Made by a program: the position numbers and the translations under genes
Notes under the pieces: model-generated
What the model was told of the DNA's origin: nothing
What the model saw: only the letters and a program-made list of their open reading frames with translations
The model's database searches: none
Assembly (NCBI GenBank): GCA_002269645.1
Contig: NIVC01000166.1
Coordinates: forward strand, 634,737-698,736
Source of the DNA: Macrostomum lignano
Lineage: Eukaryota
Reading direction: 5' to 3'
Length of the DNA: 64,000 bases
In this document: positions 49,101 through 62,033 of the stretch, piece after piece
Position numbering within the stretch: position 1 is the stretch's first letter
Layout: each line of letters begins with the position of its first letter

Positions 49101-52100
49101 GAGTACACTGTGTACTGAGTTATTGCTAGCTAAACTAATCGCGGTCATTATCGAACTGACTGCTCCGCACTGCAGACAGCGAAGAGGACGCCTCAGCCGG
49201 ATCCGGCAGCGACCTCGGCGACGATGATGACAAAGAAGTAGCGGTGGACGATCGACATCCGGCCGATGGGGAGCATTCGACACTTGACGACGCGTCAGTT
49301 GAATCCTCATTGGCTTCCTCGTCTGTCGGCGGAGCAGGCGGCGGAGGCGGCGCTGGACATTCCCTGGCCAAGTCTGCGGCTTCGGTGTCTTCTGTTGGCG
49401 GCTCTTCTAGTAGCAGCGGCAAGCAGCAGCACCAGCTCAGGCAGCACCAGCAATCGGAGCCAGTCCAGCCCCAGCCTCCTGCTTCATCAGCCGCAGCTGC
49501 AGCCTCATCAACTAATCAGTCAAGTCGATCTCGCTACAGCTCATCGGACACATACATTATCAAGGGCAATAATTATCTAGGCATGCCGACCAATCAGAGC
49601 CGACCGGCTGGCGGCAGCGGCGACTCCAGCCAGCAGCTGCAGCGTCGGCATATTCAGCAGCCACCGGCAGTGCAAAGCCAGACTCCACCGATGCAGCGGC
49701 AGCAGCAGCGACCGCCAAATCCTCAGCAGCAGCAGCAGCAGAGCTCCCGGCAGCAGCCTCCAGATGTCACCCTGGCAGCATCGGCCGCCGCAGCCGCCGC
49801 TTCTGCCGAGCCGCAGCCGTCGGCAGCTTCGGATCATCGGTCGGGGCCCTACGGCCAGTCACGCACCTCCGCGAAGATCCAGCAGCTGGTGGCAACGCTG
49901 GCGAGGCCGAAGCAGCGACAGCCGACAGCTGCAGGCGGGTCAACTTCGGCAGCTGCCGGTGGCTCATCCGCCGCCGCCTCCGCGCCCGACGCTGCCGACG
50001 TGACGCTGACATCGTCTGATTCGCCAGACAGTGGCGGCGTCGATGCCAACGCGCCGCGGCCGCAGGGCGAGGAGTCGCGGCCGGCCGTGGGCGAGTCGCT
50101 CATCACGGGGCCTGGCGCGGCCGCCTCGCTTGAGGAGTCGCTGATGCGGGCTGCCGCCGGGCCGCAGGCTCGAACTCAGGCCGTGGCCTGTCTGGAATTG
50201 TCAGGCAAGCTGAGCAGCTGCCTGACCTTCGCCAAGCTGCTAAACAGATCGAAGAAGCTGGCCTACACTCTGCTCAATCGGCTGGGGCATCGCGGCGATT
50301 CGAGCTTGAAACCGGGAGACCGAGTAGCCATCGCCGTGCCGAACTCGGACCCCGTGAGCTTCGTCATTGCCTTCCTGGCCTCGCAGTTCGCTGGATTGGT
50401 TCCGGTTCCGGTTGAGGCGCCGCCGCTGTGCGCGTCCGCTACCGGCTTTCTGCTCAGCTCCCTGGATATTCGAGTGCTGCTCACCACTGAAGCGTTTATT
50501 CGTACAGCGCCAAAGGCTGTGGCGGCTGCCGCTTCCGCCTCCGGCTCGACTGGGACGTCGGCATCTGGCGGCGGGTCCGATCAGGTGAGCTCGCGATTGA
50601 GTTTAAAAAGCCGAATCCCATCCAATCATGATTTGAAATCCCATCCAATCAAAGTTTGAAATCCCATCCAATCAAGATTTGAAATCCCATCCGATAATGA
50701 TTTGAAATCCCATTCGATAATGATTTAAATCCCATCCGATAATGATTTGAAATCCCATCCAATCAAGATTTGAAATCCCATCCAATCAAGATTTGAAATC
50801 CCATCCGATAATGATTTAAAATCCCATCCGATAATGATTTCAAATCCCATCCGATAATGATTTAAATCCCATCCGATAATGATTTCAAATCCCATCCGAT
50901 AATGATTTAAATCCCATCCGATAATGATTTCAAATCCCATCCGATAATGATTTAAATCCCATCCGATAATGATTTCAAATCCCATCCGATAATGATTTGA
51001 AATCCCATCCGATAATGATTTGAAATCCCATCCGATAATGATTTAAATCCCATCCGATAATGATTTCAAATCCCATCCGATAATGATTTAAATCCCATCC
51101 GATAATGATTTAAATCCCATCCGATAATGATTTAAATCCCATCCGATAATGATTTGAAATCCCATCCGATAATGATTTCAAATCCCATCCGATAATGATT
51201 TGAAATCCCATCGATAATGATTTGATAATGGTCTGATAATGATTTAAAATCCCATTCGATGGTTTGAAATCCCAAAAGATCAAGATTTCAAATCCCATCC
51301 GATCAAAGTTTGAAATCCCATCCAATCAAGGCTTGAAATCCCATCCAATCATGATTTGAAATCCCATCCAATCATGATTTGAAATCCTATCAGATCAAAG
51401 TTTGAAATCCCATCCAATCAAAGCTTGAAATCCCATCCAATCATGATTTGAAATCCCATCCAATCATGATTTGAAATCCTATCAGATCAAAGTTTGAAAT
51501 CCCATCCAATCAAAGCTTGAAATCCCATCCAATCATGATTTGAAATCCTATCAGATCAAAGTTTGAAATCCCATCCAATCAAAGCTTGAAATCCCATCCA
51601 ATCATGATTTGAAATCCTATCAGATCAAAGTTTGAAATCCCATCCAATCAAAGCTTGAAATCCCATCCAATCATGATTTGAAATCCTATCAGATCAAAGT
51701 TTGAAATCCCATCCAATCAAAGCTTGAAATCCCATCCAATCATGATTTGAAATCCTATCAGATCAAAGTTTGAAATCCCATCCAATCAAAGCTTGAAATC
51801 CCATCCAATCATGATTTTAAATCCTATCAGATCAAAGTTTGAAATCCCATCCAATCAAAGCTTGAAATCCCATCCAATCATGATTTGAAATCCTATCAGA
51901 TCAAAGTTTGAAATCCCATCCAATCAAAGCTTGAAATCCCATCCAATCATGATTTTAAATCCTATCAGATCAAAGTTTGAAATCCCATCCAATCAAAGCT
52001 TGAAATCCCATCCAATCATGATTTGAAATCCTATCAGATCAAAATTTGAAATCCCATCCAATCAAAGCTTGAAATCCCATCCAATCATGATTTGAAATCC

Positions 52101-53290
52101 TATCAGATCAAAGTTTGAAATCCCAACCAATCAAGATTTGAAATCCCATCTAATCAAAGTTTGAAATCCCATCCGATCAAAGTTTGAAATCCCATCCAAT
52201 CAAAAAACCCCGTCCGCACTAATGGCAGCTCACGTACCCGGGCTGGCCTCGCAGCCTATTCTGGGCCCTGGTGGACGCCAATCAGTCCAATCCGCCCAAG
52301 GACTGGCAGCCGCCGTCGCTGCAGTCAGGCGGTCTGGACCCGGCCTCGCTGGCCTATGTTGAGTACGCCTGGGGTCGCGACGGCTCCGTGCGCGGCGTCT
52401 GCGTTAGTCGCGGCGCCGCCCTGGCGCACACGCGCTCGATTGGCGCCGCCTGCGGCTACGCTAGCGGGGAGTCGCTGGTGTGCCTGGTCGATCCGAAACG
52501 CGAGCTGGGCCTGTGGCACGCAGTGCTGGCCGCGGCGTATTACGGCATGAGCGTCGTGTTCGTGCCCTACGCCGTGATGAAGCAGGACCCGTCCTGCTGG
52601 CTTAGACTGGTTTCTAAGCAACGCATCGGAGTGGCTCTGGCGAAATCCCGGGATCTGTACTGGTCGCTGCTCACCCAGCGAGACCATCGCGAAGTGAACC
52701 TGAACTCTCTGCGATGCCTCCTGGTGGCCGATGGCGCCAACCCTTGGTCGCTGACGTCCTGCGACTCATTTCTGAGCGTGTTCCAGCCGCGAGGACTTCG
52801 GCCCGAAGCTCTGTGCCCGTGCGCCTACTCCTGCGAGTCCCTGACCGTGGCGCTGCGCCGTCCCGCCGGGTCCGGCGCCGCCACCAGCGGCCGCGGAGTG
52901 CTGAGCATGCAGGGCCTCAGCCACGGCGTTGTCCGGGTGGACTCTGAGAACTCCTACACTTCGCTGACGCTGCAAGACTGCGGCCTCGTCATGCCCGCCG
53001 GCGCCGTCGCTGTGGTCCGTCTGGCTCCCGCCCAGCCGTTTCTGTGCCGACAGGACGAGGTCGGCGAGATCTGCGTGTCAGCCAGGTACGCCGCCCACAA
53101 GTACTGGGGCCTGGCCGGCCTGAGCAACCAGGTGTTCCGCTGCCAGCCTCTCACCGCCGCCACCGGGGCGCCCATCTCCGATAGGGAGGTCTTCGTGCGC
53201 ACCGGACTGCTCGGCTTCTTGGGGCCGCCTTCTTCGGTGAGTCTGTGCTTGTGTCTGTCTGTGCGTCTGTCTGTGTGTCTTAGTGGTCTT

Positions 53291-53351
<61 letters not shown>

Positions 53352-53394
53352 GTGTCTGTCTGTCTGTCTGTCTGTCTCGGTGTGTGTGTGTGTG

Positions 53395-53437
<43 letters not shown>

Positions 53438-53637
53438 GTGTCTGTCTGTCTGTCTGTCTCGGTGTGTGTGTCTGTCTGTCTGTCTGTCTGTCTGTCTCGG
53501 TGTGTGTGTGTGTGTGTGTGTGTCTGTCTGTCTGTCTGTCTGTCTCGGTGTGTGTGTCTGTCTGTCTGTCTGTCTGTCTGTCGGTAGTCTGTCTGTCTGT
53601 CTGTCTGTGTGTGTCTGTCTGTCTGTGTGTGTGTGTG

Positions 53638-53673
<36 letters not shown>

Positions 53674-56600
53674 GGTAGTCTGTCTATCGGTATGTCTGTC
53701 TGTCGGTATGTCTGTCATCTACGCTCGTATCTGTTTACTGTCTACGCTCGTATCTTTCGTTCAGTTAATCAATATGTGCTTTCTTAGCTTCTTGTATTAT
53801 TAGAACACCACCACCAGTGAATGTTGAATGTATCATCTCTGTTCCATATTAGGTTTGAATGCGCAACCATAATTAGAAACCTCGGTTAACCTATTCTACA
53901 GGGTCACAAAGTTGCTCTAGCATTCAAGTGTGTATCTGTGTGTTTTAAACTGCCTTTATTAGTCTGGGTGTACTTTCTAATGTTAGATGATCCTTTATAA
54001 GGCAAGTATTACCATGACTTACATGTATGAGACCAAATTTATGCATGCATGCTTATATTGTAAATGCGCATTTATTTGTAAATACATTTTTGTGTTCTAA
54101 ATCTATAGCGGCATACATATCTGCAGTTTAATCTTCTATAGATTTCAGTACAGTATGCGCATTGTAAAAGTCAACCCCAATGACCCTAGCGTATTAGGCA
54201 TAGTGTTTAGCTTAGCTAGTACTGTACACAAATTTGACACTACAGCAGCTCTGCTATCAGTTGTGTCTGTCCCCGCAGTGTGTGTCCTGATTTGGCCTGG
54301 GTGAAATAAAACTTTACACTGTTCCGCTATCTGCTGACTGGCTTTCTGGTTTGTGCTTGATAGCAACTGTTCAGTGCTTAGTATTTATTAATTTATTATT
54401 TTGATAAGCTTCCGTGATCGCTGATAACTTCCTCTCCGCCTTCCCCTCTGTCTCCCTCACCGCCTTCCACTCTGTCTCCCTCTCCGCCTTCCCCTCTGTC
54501 TCCCTCACTGCCTTCCCCTCTGTCTCCCTCACCGCCTTCCCCTCTGTCTCCCTCTCCGCCTTCCCTCTGTCTCCCTCTCCGCCTTCCCCTCTGTCTCCCT
54601 CTCCGCCTTCCCCTCTGTCTCCCTCTCCGCCTTCCCCTCTGTCTCCCTCACCGCCTTCCCCTCTGTCTCCCTCACCGCCTTCCCCTCTGTCTCCCTCACC
54701 GCCTTCCCCTCTGTCTCCCTCTCCGCCTTCCCCTCTGTCTCCCTCTCCGCCTTCCCCTGTTTCCCTCACCGCCTTCCCTCTGTCTCCCTCACCGCCTTCC
54801 CTCTGTCTCCCTCACCGCCTTCCCTCTGTCTCCCTCACCGCCTTCCCTCTGTCTCCCTCACCGCCTTCCCTCTGTCTCCCTCACCGCCTTCCCTCTGTCT
54901 CCCTCTCCGCCTTCCCCTCTGTCTCCCTCTCCGCCTTCCCCTCTGTCTCCCTCACCGCCTTCCCCTCTGTCTCCCTCTCCGCCTTCCCCTCTGTCTCCCT
55001 CTCCGCCTTCCCCTCTGTCTCCCTCTCCGCCTTCCCCTGTTTCCCTCACCGCCTTCCCTCTGTCTCCCTCTCCGCCTTCCCTCTGTCTCCCTCTCCGCCT
55101 TCCCCTCTGTCTCCCTCTCCGCCTTCCCCTCTGTCTCCCTCTCCGCCTTCCCCTCTGTCTCCCTCACCGCCTTCCCTCTGTCTCCCTCACCGCCTTCCCT
55201 CTGTCTCCCTCACCGCCTTCCCTCTGTCTCCCTCACCGCCTTCCCTCTGTCTCCCTCACCGCCTTCCCTCTGTCTCTATCTATATCTCCCTCGTCTCCCT
55301 CCCTATCTTCCTCTCTGTCTCCCTCTCCGCCTTCCTCCCTGTCTCCCTCTCTACCTCCGTCTCCCTTTATCTCCCTCTCCGTCTCTCTATCTGGCCCTCT
55401 GTGTCTCCCTCTTCTTCTCCGGCACCTCCATATCACTCTCCGGCTACCTCTCTGTCTCCCCCTGTCTCCCTCTCAGTTTCCGCCTCACTCTGCCTCCTTA
55501 AACCTCACCTTTCATTCTATCGCTTTGCATCGCACACCCCAATGTTCCTAATCAAAAGTGAGGAATCCCACAGCACGAGAAGTCCCGATCTCGAGCGGCT
55601 GCACTCACCAACCCCCCCCCCCCCACAGGGCGGTCTCGTGTTCGTGTGCGGCAGCCTGGAAGGCCTGATGACGGTGGCTGGCAGGCGGCACAACTCAGAC
55701 GATCTGATCGCCACGGTGCTGGCAGTTGAGCCTCTCAAATTTGTATTCCGCGGCCGGATCGCCGTGTTTAGTCAGAGAATTTTAAACGACGAACGGATTA
55801 TCATAGCGGCAGAGCAGAGACCGGACGCCAATGAGGACCAGTGCTTCCAGTGGATGTCGCACGTTCTGCAGGCTGTTGATAGCATTCATCAGGTGCGCTT
55901 GCTGCTTAGTAGTTGACGTTTTAAGGATAAATCAGACACACTGCTCTGAGATACTCTTACAAAATTCTCCCTGAGATGTTCCACAGAATTCTGCGTGTGA
56001 TATTCCCCCAGAATTTTCCTTGAGATATTCCCCTAGGCTTCTCGTTGAGATATTCCCCCAGAATTCTCATTGAGCTATTCCCCCAGAATTCTCCTTGAGA
56101 TATTCCTCTAGACTTCTCCTTGAGATATTCCCCTAGTATTCTCCTTGAGATTCCCCTAATATTCTTAAGATATTCCCCTAGAATTCTCGTTGAGATATTC
56201 CCCTAGAATTCTCGTTGAGATATTCCCCTAGAATTCTCGTTGAGATATTCCCCTAAAATTCTCGTTGAGATATTCCCCTAGAATTCTCGTTGAGATATTC
56301 CCCTAGAATTCTTCTTGAGATATTCCCCTAGAATTCTCGTTGGGATATTCCCCTAGAATTCTCGTTGAGATATTCCCCTAGAATTCTTCTTGAGATATTC
56401 CCCTAGAATTCTCGTTGGGATATTCCCCTAGAATTCTCGTTGAGATATTCCCCTAGAATTCTTCTTGAGATATTCCCCTAGAATTCGCGTTGAGATATTC
56501 CCCTAGAATTCTCGTTGAGATATTCCCCTAGAATTCTCGTTGAGATATTCCCCTAGAATTCTCGTTGAGATATTCCCCTAGAATTCTCGTTGAGATATTC

Positions 56601-59600
56601 CCCTAGAATTCTCGTTGAGATATTCCCCTAGAATTCTTCTTGAGATATTCCCCTAGAATTCTCGTTGAGATATTCTCCTAGAATTCTTCTTGAGATATTC
56701 CCCTAGAATTCTTCTCGAGATATTCCCCTAGAATTCTTCTTGAGATATTCCCCTAGAATTCTCGTTGGGATATTCCCCTAGAATTCTCGTTGAGATATTC
56801 CCCTAGAATTCTTCTTGAGATATTCCCCTAGAATTCTCGTTGGGATATTCCCCTAGAATTCTCGTTGAGATATTCCCCTAGAATTCTTCTTGAGATATTC
56901 CCCTTGAGAATATTCCCCTTCTTCTTGAGATAATCCCCTAGAATTCGCGTTGAGATATTCCCCTAGAATTCTTCTTGAGATTATTCCCCTAGAATTCTCG
57001 TTGAGATATTCCCATAGAATTATTCTTGAGATATTCCCCTAGAATTCTCGTTGAGATATTCCCCTAGAATTCTCGTTGAGATATTCCCCTAGAATTCTCG
57101 TTGAGATATTCCCCTAGAATTCTCGTTGAGATATTCCCCTAGAATTCTTCTTGAGATATTCCCCTACAATTCTCGTTGAGATATTCCCCTAGAATTCTCG
57201 TTGAGATATTCCCATAGAATTATTCTTAAGATATTTCCATAGACTTCTCATGTCGTTGAAATATTTCCCTAGAATTATCCTTGAGATATCCCTCAAAATT
57301 CTCCTAGAGATATTCCTACAGAATTCCTCAAGAGAAATTACTCAGTATTTTTATTCAGATTCGATCTCTTTACTATTCTGAAATATTCTGAAGAATCCTA
57401 CTGGATTGGTCCTGTATCGTAATTTAGATTTACGCGCAGTTAACCTACTTGTAGTAGAGCGGCAAGCTAACATGCGCAAATCTTACAATTCCTCGCCCAG
57501 GTCGGAGTCTACTGCATCGCCCTGGTGCCGCCCAACTCGCTGCCTCGCAGTCCCCTGGGCGGCATCAACTCGCACGAGACCCGCCGCAGGTTCGCGGCTG
57601 GCCAGCTGCACCCGGCCAACATCCTGATGTGCCCGCACTCCACCGTCACCAACCTGCCCAAGCCGCGGCAGACCACCAGCGCCGAGCCGCTGTCAATGAT
57701 GGTCGGCTCCCTGGTCCAGGGTGCCCGCCTTGCCGAAGCCGAAGGCCGCCCGATGCCAGACGATGGCCTTCAGCAGCAGCAGGGCGGCGGCGGCGGCGGC
57801 TGGATGAGCCTCGCCGACACCCTGCGAGCTCGGAGCCGGGACCCGGACCAGCGCCTGTTCACTGTGCTGTCAGCCGGCAAGCTGGTGGGCCCGCAGGCTG
57901 CTCAGCCTGAGCAGTGCCTCACCGCGCTGGGGCTGCACAAACGGGCCGAGAGACTCGCCGCCCTGCTGCGGTCCCGCCTGCCGCAGTCGCTCAGCACCGA
58001 CCAGCAGCAGCAGCACGCTGTGGCTTTGATGCTGCCGCCAGGACTTGATCTTATTGTCGGCGTCTTCGGCTGCTTCTACGCCGGCTGCCTCCCAGTTGCT
58101 ATGCGACCGCCGCCGTCTTCTTCATCAGCCGCAGCCTCCTCATCGTCCAGCCTGTCGGGCAGTTCAACAGTGGGCAGCGGCAACCAGACGATCGGGCATC
58201 AGGGCCTGCCAGCTTGCCAAGCCGTCCTGCAGGCTAGCAAAGCCTCTCTGTTGCTGACCAATCAGCCTACCGCTAAGCTGCTCAAAGCCCTGCTCAGTCA
58301 TCACCAGCAGGCCGCGAACTCCTGGCCTCCGGTTGTTGACATTGACGACAAGCGGAAGGTTCAGCATCAGCAGCAGCAGCCGGCCCCGGCGCATCCAGAC
58401 TCCGACGCTTATTTAGACTTCTCCATCAGCACTACGGGCCTGCTATCCGGAGTTCGAGTCACCCATAGAGCCGCTGTGCACCTGTGCAAAGCTGTCAAAC
58501 TGCAGTGCGAGCTGTACCCAACCAGGGAGATTGCTCTGTGTCTGGACCCTTACTCGGGCCTGTCATTCGCGCTCTGGTGCCTGTGCTCAGTGTACACCGG
58601 GCATCACACTGTGCTGCTGCCTCCCGCCGAGCTTGAGGCCTCCCCTGCGGCATTTCTGTTCGCCGTCAGTCAGCGGGGAATCCGGGACGCATTCTGCAGC
58701 TACCCAGTGTTGGACCTGTGCGCCTCGCAGCTGGCCCAGCAGCTGGACCTGCTCAAGGTGAGGTTTTTTTTATTGTCTTCATCGGTTTTCCTAATCTTCC
58801 CTGCTTCTTTTTACTGTCAAACTGATGCCAAATAATCTTCCCCAATCATTCCCATTATCTGTCTCCCCAATTGTCCCCATTGTCTGAATCCTCCAATTAT
58901 CCCCATTGTCTTTCTTCCCCAATTATCCTCATTGTCTGTCTTCCCCATTTATCCTCATTGTCTGTATTCCTCAATTATCCCAATTCTCTGTTATCCCCGA
59001 TTAACCCCATTGTCTGTATTCCCCAATTATCCCAATTCTCTGTTATCCCCAATTATCCCGATTGTCGGTCTTCCCCAATTATCCTCATTGTGTATTCCCC
59101 AATTATCCCGATTGTCGGTCTTCCCCAATTATCCTCATTGTGTGTATTCCCCAATTATCCCAATTCTCTGTTATCCCCGATTATCCCCATTGTCTGTATT
59201 TCCCAATTATCCCAATTCTCTGTTATCCCCGATTATCCCCATTGTCTGTATTCCCAAATTATCCCAATTCTCTGTTATCCCTGATTATCCCCATTTTCTG
59301 TCTTCCCCGATTATCCCCATTTTCTGTAATCCCTAATTATCCCCAAATCTATCTCTATTTCCATATCTCTCCCTATACCCTGTGCAGCAAAAGCTTCAAG
59401 TCAGCCTGTCGAGTCTCCGGTCGCTAATCGCCGTAGCCGAGGAGCGGCCCCGCCTCGGTCTGCTGCAGAGCTTCAGCAAGCTGTTCAGCCCGTTGGGCCT
59501 CAAAGCCTCCGCTCTCAGCGCCAGCTTCGGGTGCCGGGTCAATGCGTGCATCTGCCTGCAGGGCGCCTCGTCGCCGGAGTGCAGCACCGTCTATGTGGAC

Positions 59601-62033
59601 GCGGCCGCGCTGCGCCAGGTGAGGATGAGAACGATGAGAAGCTGGGTGAGAAGGAAGGAGAGTCTGAAAACAAATGGCAGATAGAGAGATGGGTACATGG
59701 TTAAGAGTGTAGAGAGAAGGTGAGGTAGAGTGGAGAAGGACGGTGAAACAGAGTGGAGAGAGAGGGTGAGATAGGGTAGAGAGAGAGCGAGAGTGAGATT
59801 GAGGGCAGACCTAGGGGAGACAGGGTGAGATACAGACGATACTGAGGGTGAGGCAGGGGGAGATAAACGGTGAGACAGAGGGAGATAAAGAGTGAGGCAG
59901 AGGGAGATAAAGGGTGAGACTGAGGGAGATAAAGGGTGAGACGGAGGGAGATAAAGGGTGAGGCAGAGGGAGATAAAGGGTGAGACGGAGGGAGATAAGG
60001 GGTGAGGCAGAGGGAGATAAAGGGTGAGGCAGAGGGAGATAAAGGGTGAGACTGAGGGAGATAAAGGGTGAGACGGAGGGAGATAAAGGGTGAGGCAGAG
60101 GGAGATAAAGGGTGAGACGGAGGGAGATGAGGGGTGAGGCAGAGGGAGATAAAGGGTGAGACAGAGGGAGATAAAGGGTGAGACAGAGGGAGATAAAGGG
60201 TGAGACAGAGGGAGATAAAGGGTGAGGCAGAGGGAGATAAAGGGTGAGACGGAGGGAGATAAAGGTTGAGGCAGCTGGACAGCCGGCATCCAACCCGTCC
60301 CTGATGCCGCAGGACCGAGTGCAGCTGGTGGACCGGGGCAGCCCGGGCTCGCTGCCCCTGTCGGAATGCGGCCAGCTGCTCTGCGGCACCCGAGTGGTGA
60401 TCGCCAACCCGGAGACTCGAACTCAGTGCGCCGATTCTCATCTGGGCGAGATTTGGGTCGCGGCGGGTCACAGCGCATCCGGGTACTGCGCCTTGCTAGG
60501 CAGCGGCTTCGGCGGCGGCGACACCGACACCTCCGGAGCCGTGGACCCCGCCAGCGCCAGGGACCACTTCAATGCCTGCCTGACTGCCGGAGGCGATACC
60601 TCAGTCCGCTATTGCCGAACCGGCTACCTGGGCTTCGTGAAGCGAACCGACCTCACGGCTGTTGACGGCTCTCGTCACGATGCCGTGTTTCTGGTTGGCG
60701 CTCTGGACGAAGCCATCCAGCTGCGCGGCCTGCGATATCATCCTGGCGATATTGAGGCCACGGTGGTGCGCTGTCATCACACCGTCTGCGAGTGGTGAGC
60801 GATTCTGCTACTGACAGTAGCTTGTTGGGGAATTGTTGCTTTAATTGCACTCTGATAATTCCTGAGTATGAGGGGATAACAGTGGCCACCTGAAGGCCCG
60901 AGTATTGGGGGGGGGGTAGTGATTATCTGAAGGCCTGAGTATAGAGGGATAGCAGTGTCCACCTGAAGGCCTGAGTATAGGGGGAGAAGCAGTGTCCACC
61001 TGAAGGCCTGAGTATAGAGGGGTAGCAGTGTCCACCTGAAGGCCTGAGTATAGAGGGGTAGCAGTGTCCACCTGAAGGCCTGAGTATAGAGGGGTAGCAG
61101 TGTCCACCTGAAGGCCTGGGAATAGTGGGAGTAGCAGTGGCCACCTGAAGGCCTGAGTATAGGGGGAGTAGCAGTTTTCACCTGAAGGCCTGAATATTGG
61201 GGGGGGAGTAGCAGTGTTTACCTGAAGGCCTGAGTATAAGGGGGGGAACGTGAAGGCCTGAGTATAGGGGGGGGGAGTAGCAGTATTCACCTGAAGGCCT
61301 GAATATTGGGGGGGGAGTAGCAGTGTTTACCTGAAGGCCTGAGTATAGGGGGAGTAGCAGTGTTCACCTTAAGACCTGAGTATAAGGGGGGGGGCACGTG
61401 AAGGCCTGAGTATAGGGGAGGGGGCACCTGAAGGCCTGAGTATAGGGGGGGGGCACCTGAAGGCCTGAGTATAGGGGGGGGGCACCTGAAGGCCTGAGTA
61501 TAAGGGGGGGTAGCAGTATCCACCTGAAGGTCACAGTTTATACTGTAGGAGCTGTTCTGTTTTCTCTAAGAGCCTGAGGGTAGGGCGGTAGCAGTGTTCA
61601 TTAACGACCTGCAGGAATGTGAGTGGCTGAGTGCATTTAGTGACGGTTCCTAAAGGCCTAAATGGATTTTGTGATTTCCACTGAAGGCTTGAAGGTGGAC
61701 TTGTAGTACAGAGCTATCACTGTAGTTATAACAAGAACGTGTGGCGCCAATTTAAAACCAACCCAAACCGCATTTGGCAGCGCCGTGTTCACCTGGCGCT
61801 CCCTGCTTGTTGTCGTGGCCGAACTCAATGGCAAAGAGTTCGAATCGCTCGACCTAATCCCGCTAATCACTTCGAGCATCCTGGAGGAGCACCATCTCAT
61901 AGCTGGCGTCATCGTGATCTGCGATCCGCGCACCATCCCGCTGAACAGCCGCGGCGAGAAACAGCGGATGCACCTCAGAGACGGGTTCCTTGACGACAAG
62001 TTGGATCCAATTTATGTAGCCTACAATCTGTAG
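43162..62033 (+). CDS. DIP2: Disco-interacting protein 2 (DMAP1-binding domain + two adenylate-forming-like domains), 9 exons, about 1800 aa
   Basis: Exons 43162-43243, 47092-47508, 49176-50584, 52229-53236, 55629-55892, 57501-58757, 59388-59618, 60313-60794 and 61781-62033; all GT-AG, summing to 5403 nt. Motifs: [86 protein letters not shown]. Confidence 0.97.
43400..44049. mobile_element. 650-bp hAT-like MITE in DIP2 intron 1 (TIR TAGTGTTCC, 8-bp TSD GATAAAGC)
   Basis: TAGTGTTCC..GGAACACTA is flanked by GATAAAGC on both sides, with many subterminal CCATAGCC/GGCTATGG motifs; inserted at the edge of a (GATA)n tract. Confidence 0.85.
44160..45180. mobile_element. Possible ~1 kb AT-rich non-autonomous DNA element
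   Basis: Inverted 18-mers TTTTAGTGACAAGTCATT (about 44165) and AATGACTTGTCACCAAAA (about 45155); TSD not resolved. Confidence 0.4.
46646..47033. repeat. 21-bp minisatellite (GGGTCATGTCAGTCTAGCTGT) at the 3' end of DIP2 intron 1
   Basis: About 18 units, ending about 55 bp before the acceptor. Confidence 0.95.
48072..48908 (+). mobile_element. hAT-like MITE (copy 2) with an internally expanded GGGGA(G)A/GGGGAAT purine repeat (about 48100-48835), DIP2 intron 2
   Basis: Left end CAGTGGTGGGCAAAC..AAGGGCCAG. The right part is homologous to 42197-42280 but the terminus is truncated. Confidence 0.7.
50613..52202. repeat. 22-23-bp minisatellite (TTGAAATCCCATCCAATCA..) filling DIP2 intron 3, with 45-bp and 69-bp higher-order blocks
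   Basis: Directly visible; occupies nearly the whole intron (50585-52228). Confidence 0.97.
53240..53720. repeat. (TGTC)n/(TG)n microsatellite at the 5' end of DIP2 intron 4
   Basis: Begins directly after the GTGAGT donor at 53237. Confidence 0.97.
54430..55270. repeat. 23-24-bp pyrimidine minisatellite (CTCCCTCTCCGCCTTCCCCTCTGT), DIP2 intron 4
   Basis: Directly visible periodicity. Confidence 0.96.
55990..57330. repeat. 25-26-bp minisatellite (GAGATATTCCCCTAGAATTCTCGTT), DIP2 intron 5
   Basis: About 50 units, homogeneous in the centre and degenerate at both edges. Confidence 0.97.
58830..59345. repeat. ~26-bp minisatellite (CCCCAATTATCCC..), DIP2 intron 6
   Basis: Two alternating variants give a ~52-bp higher-order unit. 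Confidence 0.92.
59860..60265. repeat. 22-bp purine-rich minisatellite (GAGGGAGATAAAGGGTGAGACA), DIP2 intron 7
   Basis: Directly visible periodicity. Confidence 0.95.
60880..61527. repeat. ~36-bp minisatellite (CACCTGAAGGCCTGAGTATAGAGGGGTAGCAGTGTC) with variable G-runs, DIP2 intron 8
   Basis: Directly visible periodicity. Confidence 0.95.
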
